Shown here piece by piece: positions 55,598 through 64,000 of a DNA stretch of 64,000 nucleotides. The notes beneath the pieces were generated by a model that had not been told where the DNA came from, did not search any database, and saw only the letters and a program-made list of their open reading frames with translations. Both the position numbers and the translations under genes were made by a program. Source of the DNA: Alphaproteobacteria bacterium (GTDB taxonomy: Bacteria > Pseudomonadota > Alphaproteobacteria > GCA-2731375); the NCBI GenBank assembly GCA_965232515.1, contig CBDDPY010000002.1:1824001-1888000 (forward strand), written 5' to 3'. The first letter of the stretch is position 1. Each line of letters opens with the position of its first letter.

Positions 55598-56020
55598 TCA
55601 GCGGACCCGGCGCAATGCCTCACGCAGCTCACGCTCGGATTCGGACTGCCGGCCCGCCTCGCCGGGCTCGCCGATGGCGCCGCGCTCGCGGGCGCTGGCG
55701 CTGCTGCTCAGCAAGCGTTCCTCCAGCCGGTCGGCCAGGCTGCCGCCGGTCTGCACGATCATCGACAGCTCGTCGGCCAGCTCGCGCGCCGCGCCGACCC
55801 GCTCTTGCAGGGCGTTGCCGGCGTCGGCGCTGGCCCGCTTCAACGTCTCGATGCTGCTTTCGGCCTTCGATGTCGCCGCCACGAATTCGTCCAGCAGGCG
55901 CTGCATCTCATTCTGGCTGCTGCGCAGCACACCCAGCCGTCGGTTCAGCACGAAGCAGTATCCCGCGGTGACAACCAGCAGGACCGCGACCAGGGCCTCG
56001 AGCCAGAACTCCAGGTTCAT
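55598..56020 (-). CDS. TM-coiled-coil protein (DUF6468 / PflI-like)
   Basis: ATG at 56020 overlapping the fliM stop; LLVVTAGYCFVLNRRL..LR then coiled coil; position after fliM. Confidence 0.75.
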   Translation of the reverse strand: MNLEFWLEALVAVLLVVTAGYCFVLNRRLGVLRSSQNEMQRLLDEFVAATSKAESSIETLKRASADAGNALQERVGAARELADELSMIVQTGGSLADRLEERLLSSSASARERGAIGEPGEAGRQSESERELREALRRVR

Positions 56021-57075
56021 TGCTTTTCCTGCTCCCTGACACGATCCTCGATCTGCACCGCGATGTGCGGACCGACCCGTCCCATCCGCCCGGCCAGCAG
56101 GCCGATGCCGCCGCATTTCAGCTCGATCACCGATTCCGGATTGCTGTTCAGCATCAGCGTTTCACCGACCTTCAGTTCCATGACCTTGCGCAGGCTCATG
56201 GTCTGTTCGTCGATCACCGCTTCGATGTCGACGTCGGTCGACCAGAGCTCGGTCGCCAGGTGGCTTTCCCAGATCGAATCACGGCCGAACTTCTCGCCCA
56301 TGAACATCTGCAGCAGCAGCTCGCGCACCGGCTCCAGCGTCGCATAGGGCAGGATCAGCTCCAGACGGCCGCCCCGGTCCTCCATGTCGATCCGCAGCTT
56401 CACCAGCACGGCCGCGTTCGCGGGTCGCGCCACTGTGGCGAACCGCGGATTGGTCTCCAACCGGTCGAACTCGAACGTCACCTTGCTCAGCGGTTCGAAG
56501 GCAGTCGTCAGGTCGCCGAGCACGACCTGCACCATCTGCTCGACCAGCGTCAGCTCGATGGTCGTGTAGGGACGGCCTTCGATCCGCATCGCCGCGGTAC
56601 CGCGGCGCCCGCCCAGCAGCACGTCGACGATCGAGTAGATCAGCGCGCTGTCCACGGTCATCAGGCCGTAATTGTCCCATTCCTTGGCCCGGAACACGGA
56701 CAGCATGGCCGGCAGCGGGATCGAGTTCAGGTAATCGCCGAACCGGATCGAGGTGATGTTGTCCAGCGAGACCTCGACGTTGTCGGAGGTGAAATTGCGC
56801 ATCGACGTCGACAGCATGCGGATCAGCCGGTCGAACACCACTTCCAGCATCGGCAGCCGCTCGTAGGAGACGAGCGCGCTGTTGATGATGGCGCGGATGC
56901 CCGTGCGTTCCTGGTCGCTGTCGTCGAAATCGTCGAAGCCCAGCAGGCTGTCGATCTCGTCCTGATTGAGGACCCGGCCGCTGACCGGCCCGGCGTCCTC
57001 CTCGTCGATCATCGACTGCCAGTCTTCGTTGGCGTCGCCGCCGGCTGCGCCGGAATCTTCTTCTTCGTCTGCCAT
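56017..57075 (-). CDS. fliM: Flagellar motor switch protein FliM
   Basis: RVLNQDEIDSLL CheY-binding peptide, YERLPMLE, DVLLGG, RLETNP, C-terminal SPOA domain. Confidence 0.97.
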   Translation of the reverse strand: MADEEEDSGAAGGDANEDWQSMIDEEDAGPVSGRVLNQDEIDSLLGFDDFDDSDQERTGIRAIINSALVSYERLPMLEVVFDRLIRMLSTSMRNFTSDNVEVSLDNITSIRFGDYLNSIPLPAMLSVFRAKEWDNYGLMTVDSALIYSIVDVLLGGRRGTAAMRIEGRPYTTIELTLVEQMVQVVLGDLTTAFEPLSKVTFEFDRLETNPRFATVARPANAAVLVKLRIDMEDRGGRLELILPYATLEPVRELLLQMFMGEKFGRDSIWESHLATELWSTDVDIEAVIDEQTMSLRKVMELKVGETLMLNSNPESVIELKCGGIGLLAGRMGRVGPHIAVQIEDRVREQEKQ

Positions 57076-57092
57076 CGCGAACTATGCCTGCA

Positions 57093-57614
57093 CTACTGAA
57101 CCAGCATCTCGCGGAACAGCACGTCGTTGATATGAATGTCGCCGGCCGCGGTATTGACGCGGATCAGCAATTCTTCCTTCAGCCGCATCAGACCGGCCGA
57201 ACCGTTAAGATCTTCCAACCGCAGCTCACGCAGGTAGATCTGGAAATTGTCGATGACGCGGGGCAGCACCGTCTCCAGCACCGGCACCGCCGTCGGATCG
57301 TCGAGTTCCAGCGACACCCTGATTTTCAGATAGTTGTTCTGCTTGCCGCCGGTATTCAGATTAACCAGCATTTCCGGCAGGTCGTAGAACACCACCTCCT
57401 TGGATTTGTCATTGCCGCCGGCCTCGCCATCGGCGGCTTCCGTTTGCTCGGCGTCGCCGGCGAACAGGAAGAAATAGGCCGCGGCGCCCCCGCCACCCAA
57501 GACGAGCAGCAATGGCAGAACGACGAACAGGACCAGCTTCTTACCGCTTGTCTTCTGCTTCTTCGGCGCGTCGCCCTCGGCGCCCTCCAACTCGTCGACG
57601 GCGGCGTCCGTCAT
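57093..57614 (-). CDS. fliL: Flagellar basal-body associated protein FliL
   Basis: Basic N-terminus plus TM segment, LPEMLVNL, YLRELR..DL.GSAG..RLKEEL, VLF.E..VQ. Confidence 0.95.
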   Translation of the reverse strand: MTDAAVDELEGAEGDAPKKQKTSGKKLVLFVVLPLLLVLGGGGAAAYFFLFAGDAEQTEAADGEAGGNDKSKEVVFYDLPEMLVNLNTGGKQNNYLKIRVSLELDDPTAVPVLETVLPRVIDNFQIYLRELRLEDLNGSAGLMRLKEELLIRVNTAAGDIHINDVLFREMLVQ

Positions 57615-57659
57615 GCAAGCGGTCTCCCTTACTCAGACAGCGGCAATCTAGGGAGGTTT

Positions 57660-57676
57660 GGTTAAAAAGCGGTTGA
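57660..57676 (-). promoter_or_regulatory. CtrA-like box upstream of fliL
   Basis: Minus strand TCAA-CCGCTTT-TTAACC. Confidence 0.65.
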
Positions 57677-57750
57677 ATTCGGCCGAACGCGGCCGCTCCC
57701 GGCGCCGAGGCGCAGCGGATCGCCAGTCCGGCCAAACGGCCTCGGGCAAA

Positions 57751-57866
57751 GGCAGGAATTGCCGGGCAAGTCCTGCCAGTCGGCCCGCCTCGAACCTCCC
57801 GTCCGCGCGCCGATCGACGCTAAGTGCTTGAGTTTCCCGGACCATCGATGTGGCACACGGCATGCA
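57751..57866 (+). promoter_or_regulatory. Sigma54 promoter of flgF with tandem ftr-like enhancers and IHF-like site
   Basis: GGCA-N5-TGCC dyads at 57751-57763 and 57765-57777; ACTCAA-GCAC-TTA on minus strand at 57821-57833; TGGCAC-N5-ATGCA at 57851-57866. Confidence 0.8.
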
Positions 57867-57904
57867 GCGGCGATCACCGACGATACGGGAGATCGACTGA
57901 CGCC

Positions 57905-58627
57905 ATGATTGAGAATACAGCCTACATCGCGCTGTCGCGGCAGACCGCGCTGCGCCGCCAGATCGACGTGATCGCCAACAACATCGCCAACATGAATACG
58001 GCGGCCTACAAGAACCAACGGATGCTGTTCGAGGAATACCTCGTCGAACCCGCCGCCAAGACCCGCCTGTCGTTCGTCCAGGACGTCTCGGTGTTCCGCG
58101 AGCTGTCCGCCGGCGAGCTGAGGGCGACCAGCAACCCCCTGGACGTGGCCATCAACGGCGACGGCTACTTCGTCGTCGAGACCGACGGCGGCGAGCGCTA
58201 CACCCGCAATGGCCATTTCCGGCTCGATGCCGACGGCATGCTGGTGACGGCCGGGGGCAACGCGGTGTTGGACATCGACTCGCAGCAGATCCTGCTCGAC
58301 CCGAACGAACGCGAACTGACGATCGCCCGTGACGGCACGATCTCCGGCGCGCTGGGCCCGATCGCCCAGATCGCGGTCGTCGACTTTGACGATCCCTATC
58401 AGTTGAAGGCGCTCGGCGGCAGCCTGTACGAGACCGATCAGCGGCCGCAGCCGGTGGACAATGCCGCCATCGTCCAAGGCATGATCGAAGGCTCGAACGT
58501 CGAGCCGATCGTCGAGATGACCAAGCTGACCACCCTCGCACGCTCCTATCAGTCCACGCAGCGGCTGATCGAGAACGATCACGACCTCCGCCGCCGGACC
58601 ATCCGCGCACTCGGGCGCGTCGGCTAG
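57905..58627 (+). CDS. flgF: Basal-body rod protein FlgF
   Basis: YIALSRQ, IANNIAN.NT, NPLDVAI.GDG, YTRNG.F, EGSNV; ATG at 57905. Confidence 0.95.
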   Translation: MIENTAYIALSRQTALRRQIDVIANNIANMNTAAYKNQRMLFEEYLVEPAAKTRLSFVQDVSVFRELSAGELRATSNPLDVAINGDGYFVVETDGGERYTRNGHFRLDADGMLVTAGGNAVLDIDSQQILLDPNERELTIARDGTISGALGPIAQIAVVDFDDPYQLKALGGSLYETDQRPQPVDNAAIVQGMIEGSNVEPIVEMTKLTTLARSYQSTQRLIENDHDLRRRTIRALGRVG

Positions 58628-58672
58628 TCGCGCGCCGGACCGAACGGCTTAGCGTAAGAAAGGACCAATGCC

Positions 58673-59458
58673 ATGCGGAGTTTAAGCATCGCATCGACCG
58701 GCATGTTGGCGCAGCAGCTCAACGTGGAAGTGATTTCCAACAACATCGCCAACATGAACACCACCGGCTACAAGCGCCAGCGGGCCGAGTTTCAGGATCT
58801 GCTGTATCAGAACATGAACCGGACCGGCGCCCAGTCGTCGGACGCCGGCACCGTGGTGCCGACCGGCGTTCAGGTCGGCGTCGGCGTGCGGACCGCCGCC
58901 GTCTACCGCATCAACGACCAGGGCAATGTCATCTCGACGGACAACACCTTCGACCTGGCGATACAGGGTCCCGGCTTCCTGAAGGTCCAGCTGCCTTCGG
59001 GTGAGGATTCCTACACCCGCGCCGGCTCGCTGCAGCTCAGCCCCGACGGCACCATCGTGACCAGCCAGGGCTATACCGTCCAGCCGGCCATCACCATTCC
59101 GCAGGACGCCGTCGACGTGACCATCAACGCCAACGGCGAGGTCTTCGCGAAGATCGACGGGCAGGTCAATCCGCAGAATGTCGGCCAGCTCGAGCTGTCG
59201 ATCTTCTTCAACGAGGCCGGCCTGGAAGGCATCGGCGACAACCTGTTCCTGGAGACCCCGGCCTCGGGTCCGGCCTCGGACGGCGCGCCGGGCGCCGACG
59301 GCTACGGCAAGATCCTGCAGGGTTTCCTGGAGACCTCGAACGTCAATCCCGTGCAGGAAGTGACGTCACTGATCCAGGCCCAGCGGGCCTACGAGATGAA
59401 TTCGAAGGTGATCTCCACCTCCGACGAAATGATGCGAACCATGTCGACGCTCAGGTAG
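58673..59458 (+). CDS. flgG: Basal-body distal rod protein FlgG
   Basis: ISNNIAN.NTTGYK, EFQDLLYQ, YTRAG, LETSNV, QRAYEMNSK. Confidence 0.98.
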   Translation: MRSLSIASTGMLAQQLNVEVISNNIANMNTTGYKRQRAEFQDLLYQNMNRTGAQSSDAGTVVPTGVQVGVGVRTAAVYRINDQGNVISTDNTFDLAIQGPGFLKVQLPSGEDSYTRAGSLQLSPDGTIVTSQGYTVQPAITIPQDAVDVTINANGEVFAKIDGQVNPQNVGQLELSIFFNEAGLEGIGDNLFLETPASGPASDGAPGADGYGKILQGFLETSNVNPVQEVTSLIQAQRAYEMNSKVISTSDEMMRTMSTLR

Positions 59459-59474
59459 CGGCCGGAGACTGATC

Positions 59475-60230
59475 ATGCGCACCATGCTTTTCGCCTTCTG
59501 CCTGCTCGCCGCTTTGGCGACCGCCGGCACCGCCGCCGCCGACGAGACGCGCTTGCGCAGTGTCGGCGAACCCGAGATCGTCGAGGCCCTGCGGCTGGCG
59601 CTGCTGGCCAAGGGCATTTCGGGCGACATCCGGATCGCGCTCGCCAAGCAACCGCGGGTCCTTCGCGTGCCGGAGGATGCTGGGATCGCTGTGCTCAACC
59701 TGGACTACGCGCCCCGGACCAGCAGGTTCTCGGCCCGGCTCGCGGCCACCGGCCAGGACCCGGGCGGCAGGAGCTTCCGGCTGACCGGCCGCGCCGTCCC
59801 GGTCGTCGCCATGCCGGCGCTGACGCGGACGGTGCCCGCCGGCGTCGTGATCGAAAAGGCCGATATCGGCTGGATCGAGATCGAGGCCGGGCGGCTGCCC
59901 CGCGACGCGCTGGCCGATCTCGATGCGATCGTCGGCAAATCCGCCCGCCGCCCGCTGCCGGCCGGCCGGCTGCTGCGCCAACGAGACGTCAGCACGCCGA
60001 TCCTGGTGCGCAAGGGCACGCTCGTCACCATGGTTGTCATCGCCCCCGGTCTTGAACTCAGGGCTACGGGACGCGTGCTGGAGAACGGCGGCCGCGGCGA
60101 CATGATCAGGGTCATGAACGTTGGCAGCAAGCGTACCGTCCAGGCCGTCGTCTGGTCGGCGAGCCAGGTGCGCATTCCCACCCGACCGCAGATCGCCGCC
60201 ACGGCGTCGCTCCAGGAGGCCGGACAATGA
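59475..60230 (+). CDS. flgA: P-ring formation chaperone FlgA
   Basis: Signal peptide, SAF domain, PILVRKG..V, G.VLENG..GD.IRVMN. Confidence 0.92.
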   Translation: MRTMLFAFCLLAALATAGTAAADETRLRSVGEPEIVEALRLALLAKGISGDIRIALAKQPRVLRVPEDAGIAVLNLDYAPRTSRFSARLAATGQDPGGRSFRLTGRAVPVVAMPALTRTVPAGVVIEKADIGWIEIEAGRLPRDALADLDAIVGKSARRPLPAGRLLRQRDVSTPILVRKGTLVTMVVIAPGLELRATGRVLENGGRGDMIRVMNVGSKRTVQAVVWSASQVRIPTRPQIAATASLQEAGQ

Positions 60231-60985
60231 GCAGGTCCTTGTCTCCGATCCCCCGTATCGTCGCAATCGGCGTCGTGGCGGCGCTGCTCGGCGGCTGCAA
60301 CACCCTGCAGCGTCTGAAGACGATCGGCGAGGCGCCGCCCATGAGCCCGATCGTCAATCCGGTGCAGCAGCCGGAATACCAGCCGGTGGTCCTGCCGATG
60401 CCACGGCCGGAATCCTCGGTGCATCAGCCGAACTCGCTCTGGCGGGCCGGCGCCCGCGCCTTCTTCAAGGATCAGCGGGCCGCCCGCGTTGGCGACATTC
60501 TGACCGTGAACATCACCATCGAGGACGAGGCAACGATCGATAACGAGACGACGCGCAGCCGGCAGAACACCGAGGACGCCAATCTGACCAAGTTCCTCGG
60601 CTACGAGGGCAGCCTTGGCGCCATTCTGCCGCAGTCGATCGACCCGACCGACCTGGTCGACGCCCAGAGCAACTCCAGCAGCACCGGCCGCGGCAGCGTC
60701 AACCGCAGCGAAAGCATCAAGCTGAACGTCGCCGCGATCATCACGCAGGTGCTGCCGAACGGCAATATGGTGCTGACCGGCAGTCAGGAAGTCCGGGTCA
60801 ACTACGAGGTCCGGGTCCTGACCGTGTCCGGCGTCGTGCGGCCCGAGGACATCAGCGCCGTCAACACCATCAACCACACCCAGATCGCCGAGGCCCGCAT
60901 CGCCTACGGCGGCCGTGGCCAGATCACCGACGTGCAGCAGCCGCGCTACGGCCAACAGCTCTACGACGTCATTTTCCCGTTTTGA
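60227..60985 (+). CDS. flgH: L-ring lipoprotein FlgH
   Basis: Lipobox LLGGC, FFKDQRA..VGDILTV, VLPNGN, G.VRPEDI, C-terminal PF. Confidence 0.97.
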   Translation: MSRSLSPIPRIVAIGVVAALLGGCNTLQRLKTIGEAPPMSPIVNPVQQPEYQPVVLPMPRPESSVHQPNSLWRAGARAFFKDQRAARVGDILTVNITIEDEATIDNETTRSRQNTEDANLTKFLGYEGSLGAILPQSIDPTDLVDAQSNSSSTGRGSVNRSESIKLNVAAIITQVLPNGNMVLTGSQEVRVNYEVRVLTVSGVVRPEDISAVNTINHTQIAEARIAYGGRGQITDVQQPRYGQQLYDVIFPF

Positions 60986-61004
60986 GTGGAGGGACGGTGC
61001 CAAA

Positions 61005-61038
61005 GGAAAGGGCCGGTTCCGTCGAACCGGCCCTTTCC
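61005..61038. terminator. Hairpin, probable bidirectional terminator between convergent flgH and dksA
   Basis: GGAAAGGGCCGGTTC-CGTC-GAACCGGCCCTTTCC 15-bp stem. Confidence 0.8.
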
Positions 61039-61095
61039 GATTGGCTGACATCTGCGTGGGCGGCGGCGGTGACGTCCGTCGCCGGCCGGGCGGCA

Positions 61096-61515
61096 TCAAT
61101 CGTCGCGGTAGACTTTCTCGCGCCGCTCGTGGCGCTCCTGCGCCTCGATCGACAGCGTCGCGATCGGACGTGCTTCCAGCCGCTGCAGGCTGATCGGCTC
61201 GCCGGTCTCTTCGCAATAGCCGTACGACCCGTCGTCGATGCGCCGCAGCGCGGCATCGATCTTGGAAATCAGCTTGCGCTGACGGTCCCGCGTGCGCAGT
61301 TCGATCGAACGCTCGGATTCCGTCGACGCGCGATCGGCGATATCCGGCGCCTGCGCCGTATCCTCTTGCAGATGGCTCAGGGTTTCCTGAGCATCTTTCA
61401 GGATCTCGTCTTTCCAATCCATCAACTTGCGGCGGAAATACTCCCGCTGCCGCGGCCCCATGAACGGCTCGGACGCCGACGGCTTGTACTCCGGTGGCAA
61501 CGTCACATCATCCAT
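61096..61515 (-). CDS. dksA: RNA polymerase-binding protein DksA (single-Cys alphaproteobacterial type)
   Basis: PDIADRA coiled-coil tip, LRTRDRQRKLISKI, YGYCEETGEPI..RLEARP. Confidence 0.97.
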   Translation of the reverse strand: MDDVTLPPEYKPSASEPFMGPRQREYFRRKLMDWKDEILKDAQETLSHLQEDTAQAPDIADRASTESERSIELRTRDRQRKLISKIDAALRRIDDGSYGYCEETGEPISLQRLEARPIATLSIEAQERHERREKVYRDD

Positions 61516-61628
61516 CTTAAAACCTCTACCGCACTGCGCTGGCCAGGACGCGGCGCGAATATATCCATGGCCAGGGCGGGCATCAAGCGGACCGCGGCCC
61601 TGGTCGCCGCAAAGTTACCGGGGCGCGC

Positions 61629-62054
61629 TCAGCCCGCCACTCGGAATTTGGCTAATTCTACCGCCGCGCGTAGCTCGATCTCGCTCAGCAGCGCGGAAAG
61701 CCGCGGATCGGTTGTGTTTGCCCGCCTTTTTTGCACGGCCTGGGTTAATTGCTGCAGGCGTTCCGGCGAAATTCGCCCCAGCAGCAATCCATGGCGGATC
61801 TCGTCCAGCATATCGAGCATATCGGCGCCACGCTGCAGGCCCCGGCTCCGGCCGTTTGCCGCGTCCGGCACTTCCTGCAGCAGTAGCAGCGTATCGGTCG
61901 CGGCCGCCGGCCCGGCGGCGCCGGTCTTCGGCGTCTCAGCCTCGTCGGTGACCGACGGCAGCCGGAACGCACCGCCGCCGGACGGCCGGCCGGCCGCCCT
62001 GTCGGTGCGCCGCGGCGTGGCGGCGCGCGTGCCGGCCATACCCGAAACTTTCAT
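61629..62054 (-). CDS. fliX: Flagellar regulator FliX
   Basis: LLLLQE, RG..MLD.LDEIR.GLL.G, EIELRAAVELAK; divergent from flgI. Confidence 0.9.
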   Translation of the reverse strand: MKVSGMAGTRAATPRRTDRAAGRPSGGGAFRLPSVTDEAETPKTGAAGPAAATDTLLLLQEVPDAANGRSRGLQRGADMLDMLDEIRHGLLLGRISPERLQQLTQAVQKRRANTTDPRLSALLSEIELRAAVELAKFRVAG

Positions 62055-62107
62055 GTCGGTCCGCCTTGTGACATCGGCTTCAATCGGCAGCAGGATCGCC
62101 GTGTGGC

Positions 62108-62123
62108 GTTAACAAGCTGTGAA
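62108..62123 (-). promoter_or_regulatory. CtrA-like box upstream of fliX
   Basis: Minus strand TTCA-CAGCTTG-TTAAC. Confidence 0.65.
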
Positions 62124-62137
62124 AATCGGCCGCCCGG

Positions 62138-62260
62138 CCGGCAGATCTTGCCGGTTTCCGGAAAGCCTTGCCGACCAGCCCCTGTCCGACCCCGCTGTCA
62201 ATATCTAAGCCTCTGATTTCATTGATAAATTACAAAGCGACGGCTGGCACGCGTTTCGCT
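62138..62260 (+). promoter_or_regulatory. Sigma54 promoter of flgI with ftr-like enhancer and IHF-like site
   Basis: CCGGCA-GATCT-TGCCGG dyad at 62138-62154; AATCAG-AGGC-TTA on minus strand near 62206-62218; TGGCAC-N5-TCGCT at 62245-62260. Confidence 0.8.
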
Positions 62261-62298
62261 AGGATGGCTGCAGTGACATGGCTTGCTCGGGATCCGGT

Positions 62299-63465
62299 AT
62301 GACGCATGCAATCGAGCCTTCTGTAGATCGCGGCCCGCGGCGCTGGCGCCGTGGGCTGAACCTTGCCCTGACGGCGGCGGTTTTGGTGCTCGGGTCGGCG
62401 GTGCTGAACCCGGCCGAGGCCGTTTCGCGGGTCAAGGACATTGCCGACTTCGAAGGCATTCGGGAAAACATGCTGATCGGCTACGGCTTGGTCGTCGGCC
62501 TGAACGGCACCGGCGACAGCCTGCGCAACGCGCCCTTCACCCGCCAGAGCCTGGCGGCCATGCTGGAACGGTTGGGCGTGAACACCCGTGACGCCAATCT
62601 GAACACCGACAACGTCGCCGCGGTCATGGTCACGGCGAACCTGCCGGCGTTTTCGCGCCAGGGAACCAGAATTGACGTCACCGTCAGCGCCTTCGGCGAT
62701 TCCGAGAGCCTGCTCGGCGGCACCCTGCTGATCACCCCTCTGTTTGGCGCCGACGGCGAGGTCTATGCCGTCGCCCAGGGGCCGCTGGCGGTTGGCGGGT
62801 TTTCCGTCGGCGGTGACGCGCAGACGGTCGTCAAGGGCGTGCCGACCAGCGCCCGGATCGCCAATGGCGCCATCGTCGAGCGTGAGATCCCGTTCGAGCT
62901 GGCCTCGCTCGAGAATGTGCGGATCACGCTGCGCAACCCCGATCTTACAACCGCAAGACGCATTTCACAGGCAATCAACACGTTTCTCGGCGGCCCTCAG
63001 GCGCGCCCGCTCGATCCTTCGACCGTCATGTTCGTGCCGCCGGCCGGCAACCAGCGGCCTCTGATCGAGCTGATGACGGATATCGAGCAGCTGACAGTCG
63101 AGCCGGATCAGCCCGCTCGCGTGGTGATCGACGAGCAGGCCGGCATCATCGTCATGGGCGCCGGCGTGCGGATCGACGAAATCGCCATCGCACAGGGCAA
63201 TCTGACCGTGCGCGTCACCGAGACGCCGCAGGTCTCGCAACCCAACGCCTTCGCCGAGCAGGGCCAGACCGTCGTCGTGCCCCGCACCGACGTCGAGGTC
63301 GACGAGGAGGACGAGAACCGCATGCTGGTATTGCAGAAGGGCGTCAGCCTGCAATCCCTGGTCGACGGACTGAACGCGCTTGGCGTCGGCCCCCGGGACC
63401 TGATCTCGATCCTACAGACGATCAAGACCGCCGGCGCCCTGCAGGCCGAGATCGTGGTGCAGTAG
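62299..63465 (+). CDS. flgI: P-ring protein FlgI
   Basis: RVKDI, GYGLVVGLNGTGD, NVAAVMVTA, SLLGGTLL, AGALQAEI; start at 62278 or 62299. Confidence 0.98.
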   Translation: MTHAIEPSVDRGPRRWRRGLNLALTAAVLVLGSAVLNPAEAVSRVKDIADFEGIRENMLIGYGLVVGLNGTGDSLRNAPFTRQSLAAMLERLGVNTRDANLNTDNVAAVMVTANLPAFSRQGTRIDVTVSAFGDSESLLGGTLLITPLFGADGEVYAVAQGPLAVGGFSVGGDAQTVVKGVPTSARIANGAIVEREIPFELASLENVRITLRNPDLTTARRISQAINTFLGGPQARPLDPSTVMFVPPAGNQRPLIELMTDIEQLTVEPDQPARVVIDEQAGIIVMGAGVRIDEIAIAQGNLTVRVTETPQVSQPNAFAEQGQTVVVPRTDVEVDEEDENRMLVLQKGVSLQSLVDGLNALGVGPRDLISILQTIKTAGALQAEIVVQ

Positions 63466-63467
63466 CC

Positions 63468-63794
63468 ATGGTCGACAATCTCCCGCTACTCACGGCCAAC
63501 GGTCCGGCGCGCGCCGGGCTGCCGGCCCTCGGCAAGACCGACGGCGCCACCGTCGACCACCAGGCCCTCGCGGCAGCGCGCTCGTTCGAGGCGTTTTTTC
63601 TCACCCAGATGCTCGAGCAGATGTCGGCCGGCATCGACACTGACGGCCCGTTCGGCGGCGGCCAGAGCGAGAAGCTCTACCGCTCGATGCTGAACCAGCA
63701 ATACGCCCAACACTTGTCGGAGGCCGGCGGCATCGGCCTTGCCGATACGATCTACGCCGAACTCATCAAAATGCAGGAGTCATTGTCGTCATGA
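63468..63794 (+). CDS. flgJ: Rod-binding protein (short FlgJ, no muramidase domain)
   Basis: AARSFEAFFL.QML..M, FGGG..E..YRSML..QYA, GGIGLA. Confidence 0.85.
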   Translation: MVDNLPLLTANGPARAGLPALGKTDGATVDHQALAAARSFEAFFLTQMLEQMSAGIDTDGPFGGGQSEKLYRSMLNQQYAQHLSEAGGIGLADTIYAELIKMQESLSS

Positions 63795-64000
63795 GCGCCG
63801 AAACCCTGATCAAGAACCTGACCGAGGTCGCCAGCCGGCTGGGCGAGTTGGTGGCCACCGAAAACGATATCCTGCGCGACCGCAGGCCGATGGATCTGGA
63901 AGTCTATCGGGATGAGAAGGAACGGCTGACCGAGGCCTACGAGCGCCACACGGCGGCGCTGGCGCGCGACACCGCGGCGCTCAAGACCGTCGAGCCGGCC
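63791..64000 (+). CDS. FlgN/FlbY-like flagellar chaperone (partial, runs off window)
   Basis: ATGA overlap with flgJ; MSAETLIKNLTEVASRLGELVATENDILR...EKERLTEAYE helical pattern. Confidence 0.65.
   Translation, partial: MSAETLIKNLTEVASRLGELVATENDILRDRRPMDLEVYRDEKERLTEAYERHTAALARDTAALKTVEPA

Noticed and set aside
61096-61515. DksA lacking the four-Cys zinc finger and located within flagellar genes
   Set aside because: Both features are normal for Alphaproteobacteria.
63468-63794. FlgJ without a muramidase domain as a pseudogene
   Set aside because: Single-domain rod-binding FlgJ is usual in this class, and the ORF is intact and coupled to the next gene.

Overview
GC-rich alphaproteobacterial chromosome segment (Rhodospirillales/Caulobacterales-like gene order), almost entirely core genome. 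No integrase, transposase, prophage or CRISPR array was seen. The left part carries guaA, two small TPR genes, an RsmB-family gene, guaB, a transglutaminase-like gene, rlmE, a Ppx/GppA gene, tRNA-Gln(CTG), DUF2336 and PAS genes, an FAH hydrolase, an ATP-grasp ligase, argE, a methyltransferase, a PilZ-like/PAS-kinase/receiver/hybrid-kinase cassette and a PadR-RND efflux operon. The middle carries pssA-psd, an ATM1-type ABC exporter, a LysM protein, two cytochromes c, a LOG-family gene, icd, a cyclic-nucleotide-gated K+ channel, alaS, recA with an SOS box, an inserted methyltransferase and cckA. The right part is a large flagellar cluster (flhB-fliRQ-fliE-flgCB, fliOP, a MotK/PflA-like TPR protein, two MotB-like genes, motE, fliML, flgFGAH, dksA, fliX, flgI-flgJ-flgN-like) with readable CtrA boxes, sigma54 promoters, ftr-like dyads and IHF-like sites. 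The most unusual signals are: a perfect 35-bp inverted repeat with G-quadruplex-forming arms between fliE and fliQ; a riboswitch-like structured leader before the PadR-RND operon; a tandem MotB pair in which one copy lacks the ion-binding Asp; an uncharacterised 571-aa gene in the motor cluster; and a shared TTAAC-N4-GTTAA palindrome. All calls come from reading the sequence and recalled family motifs. No database searches or folding programs were run.
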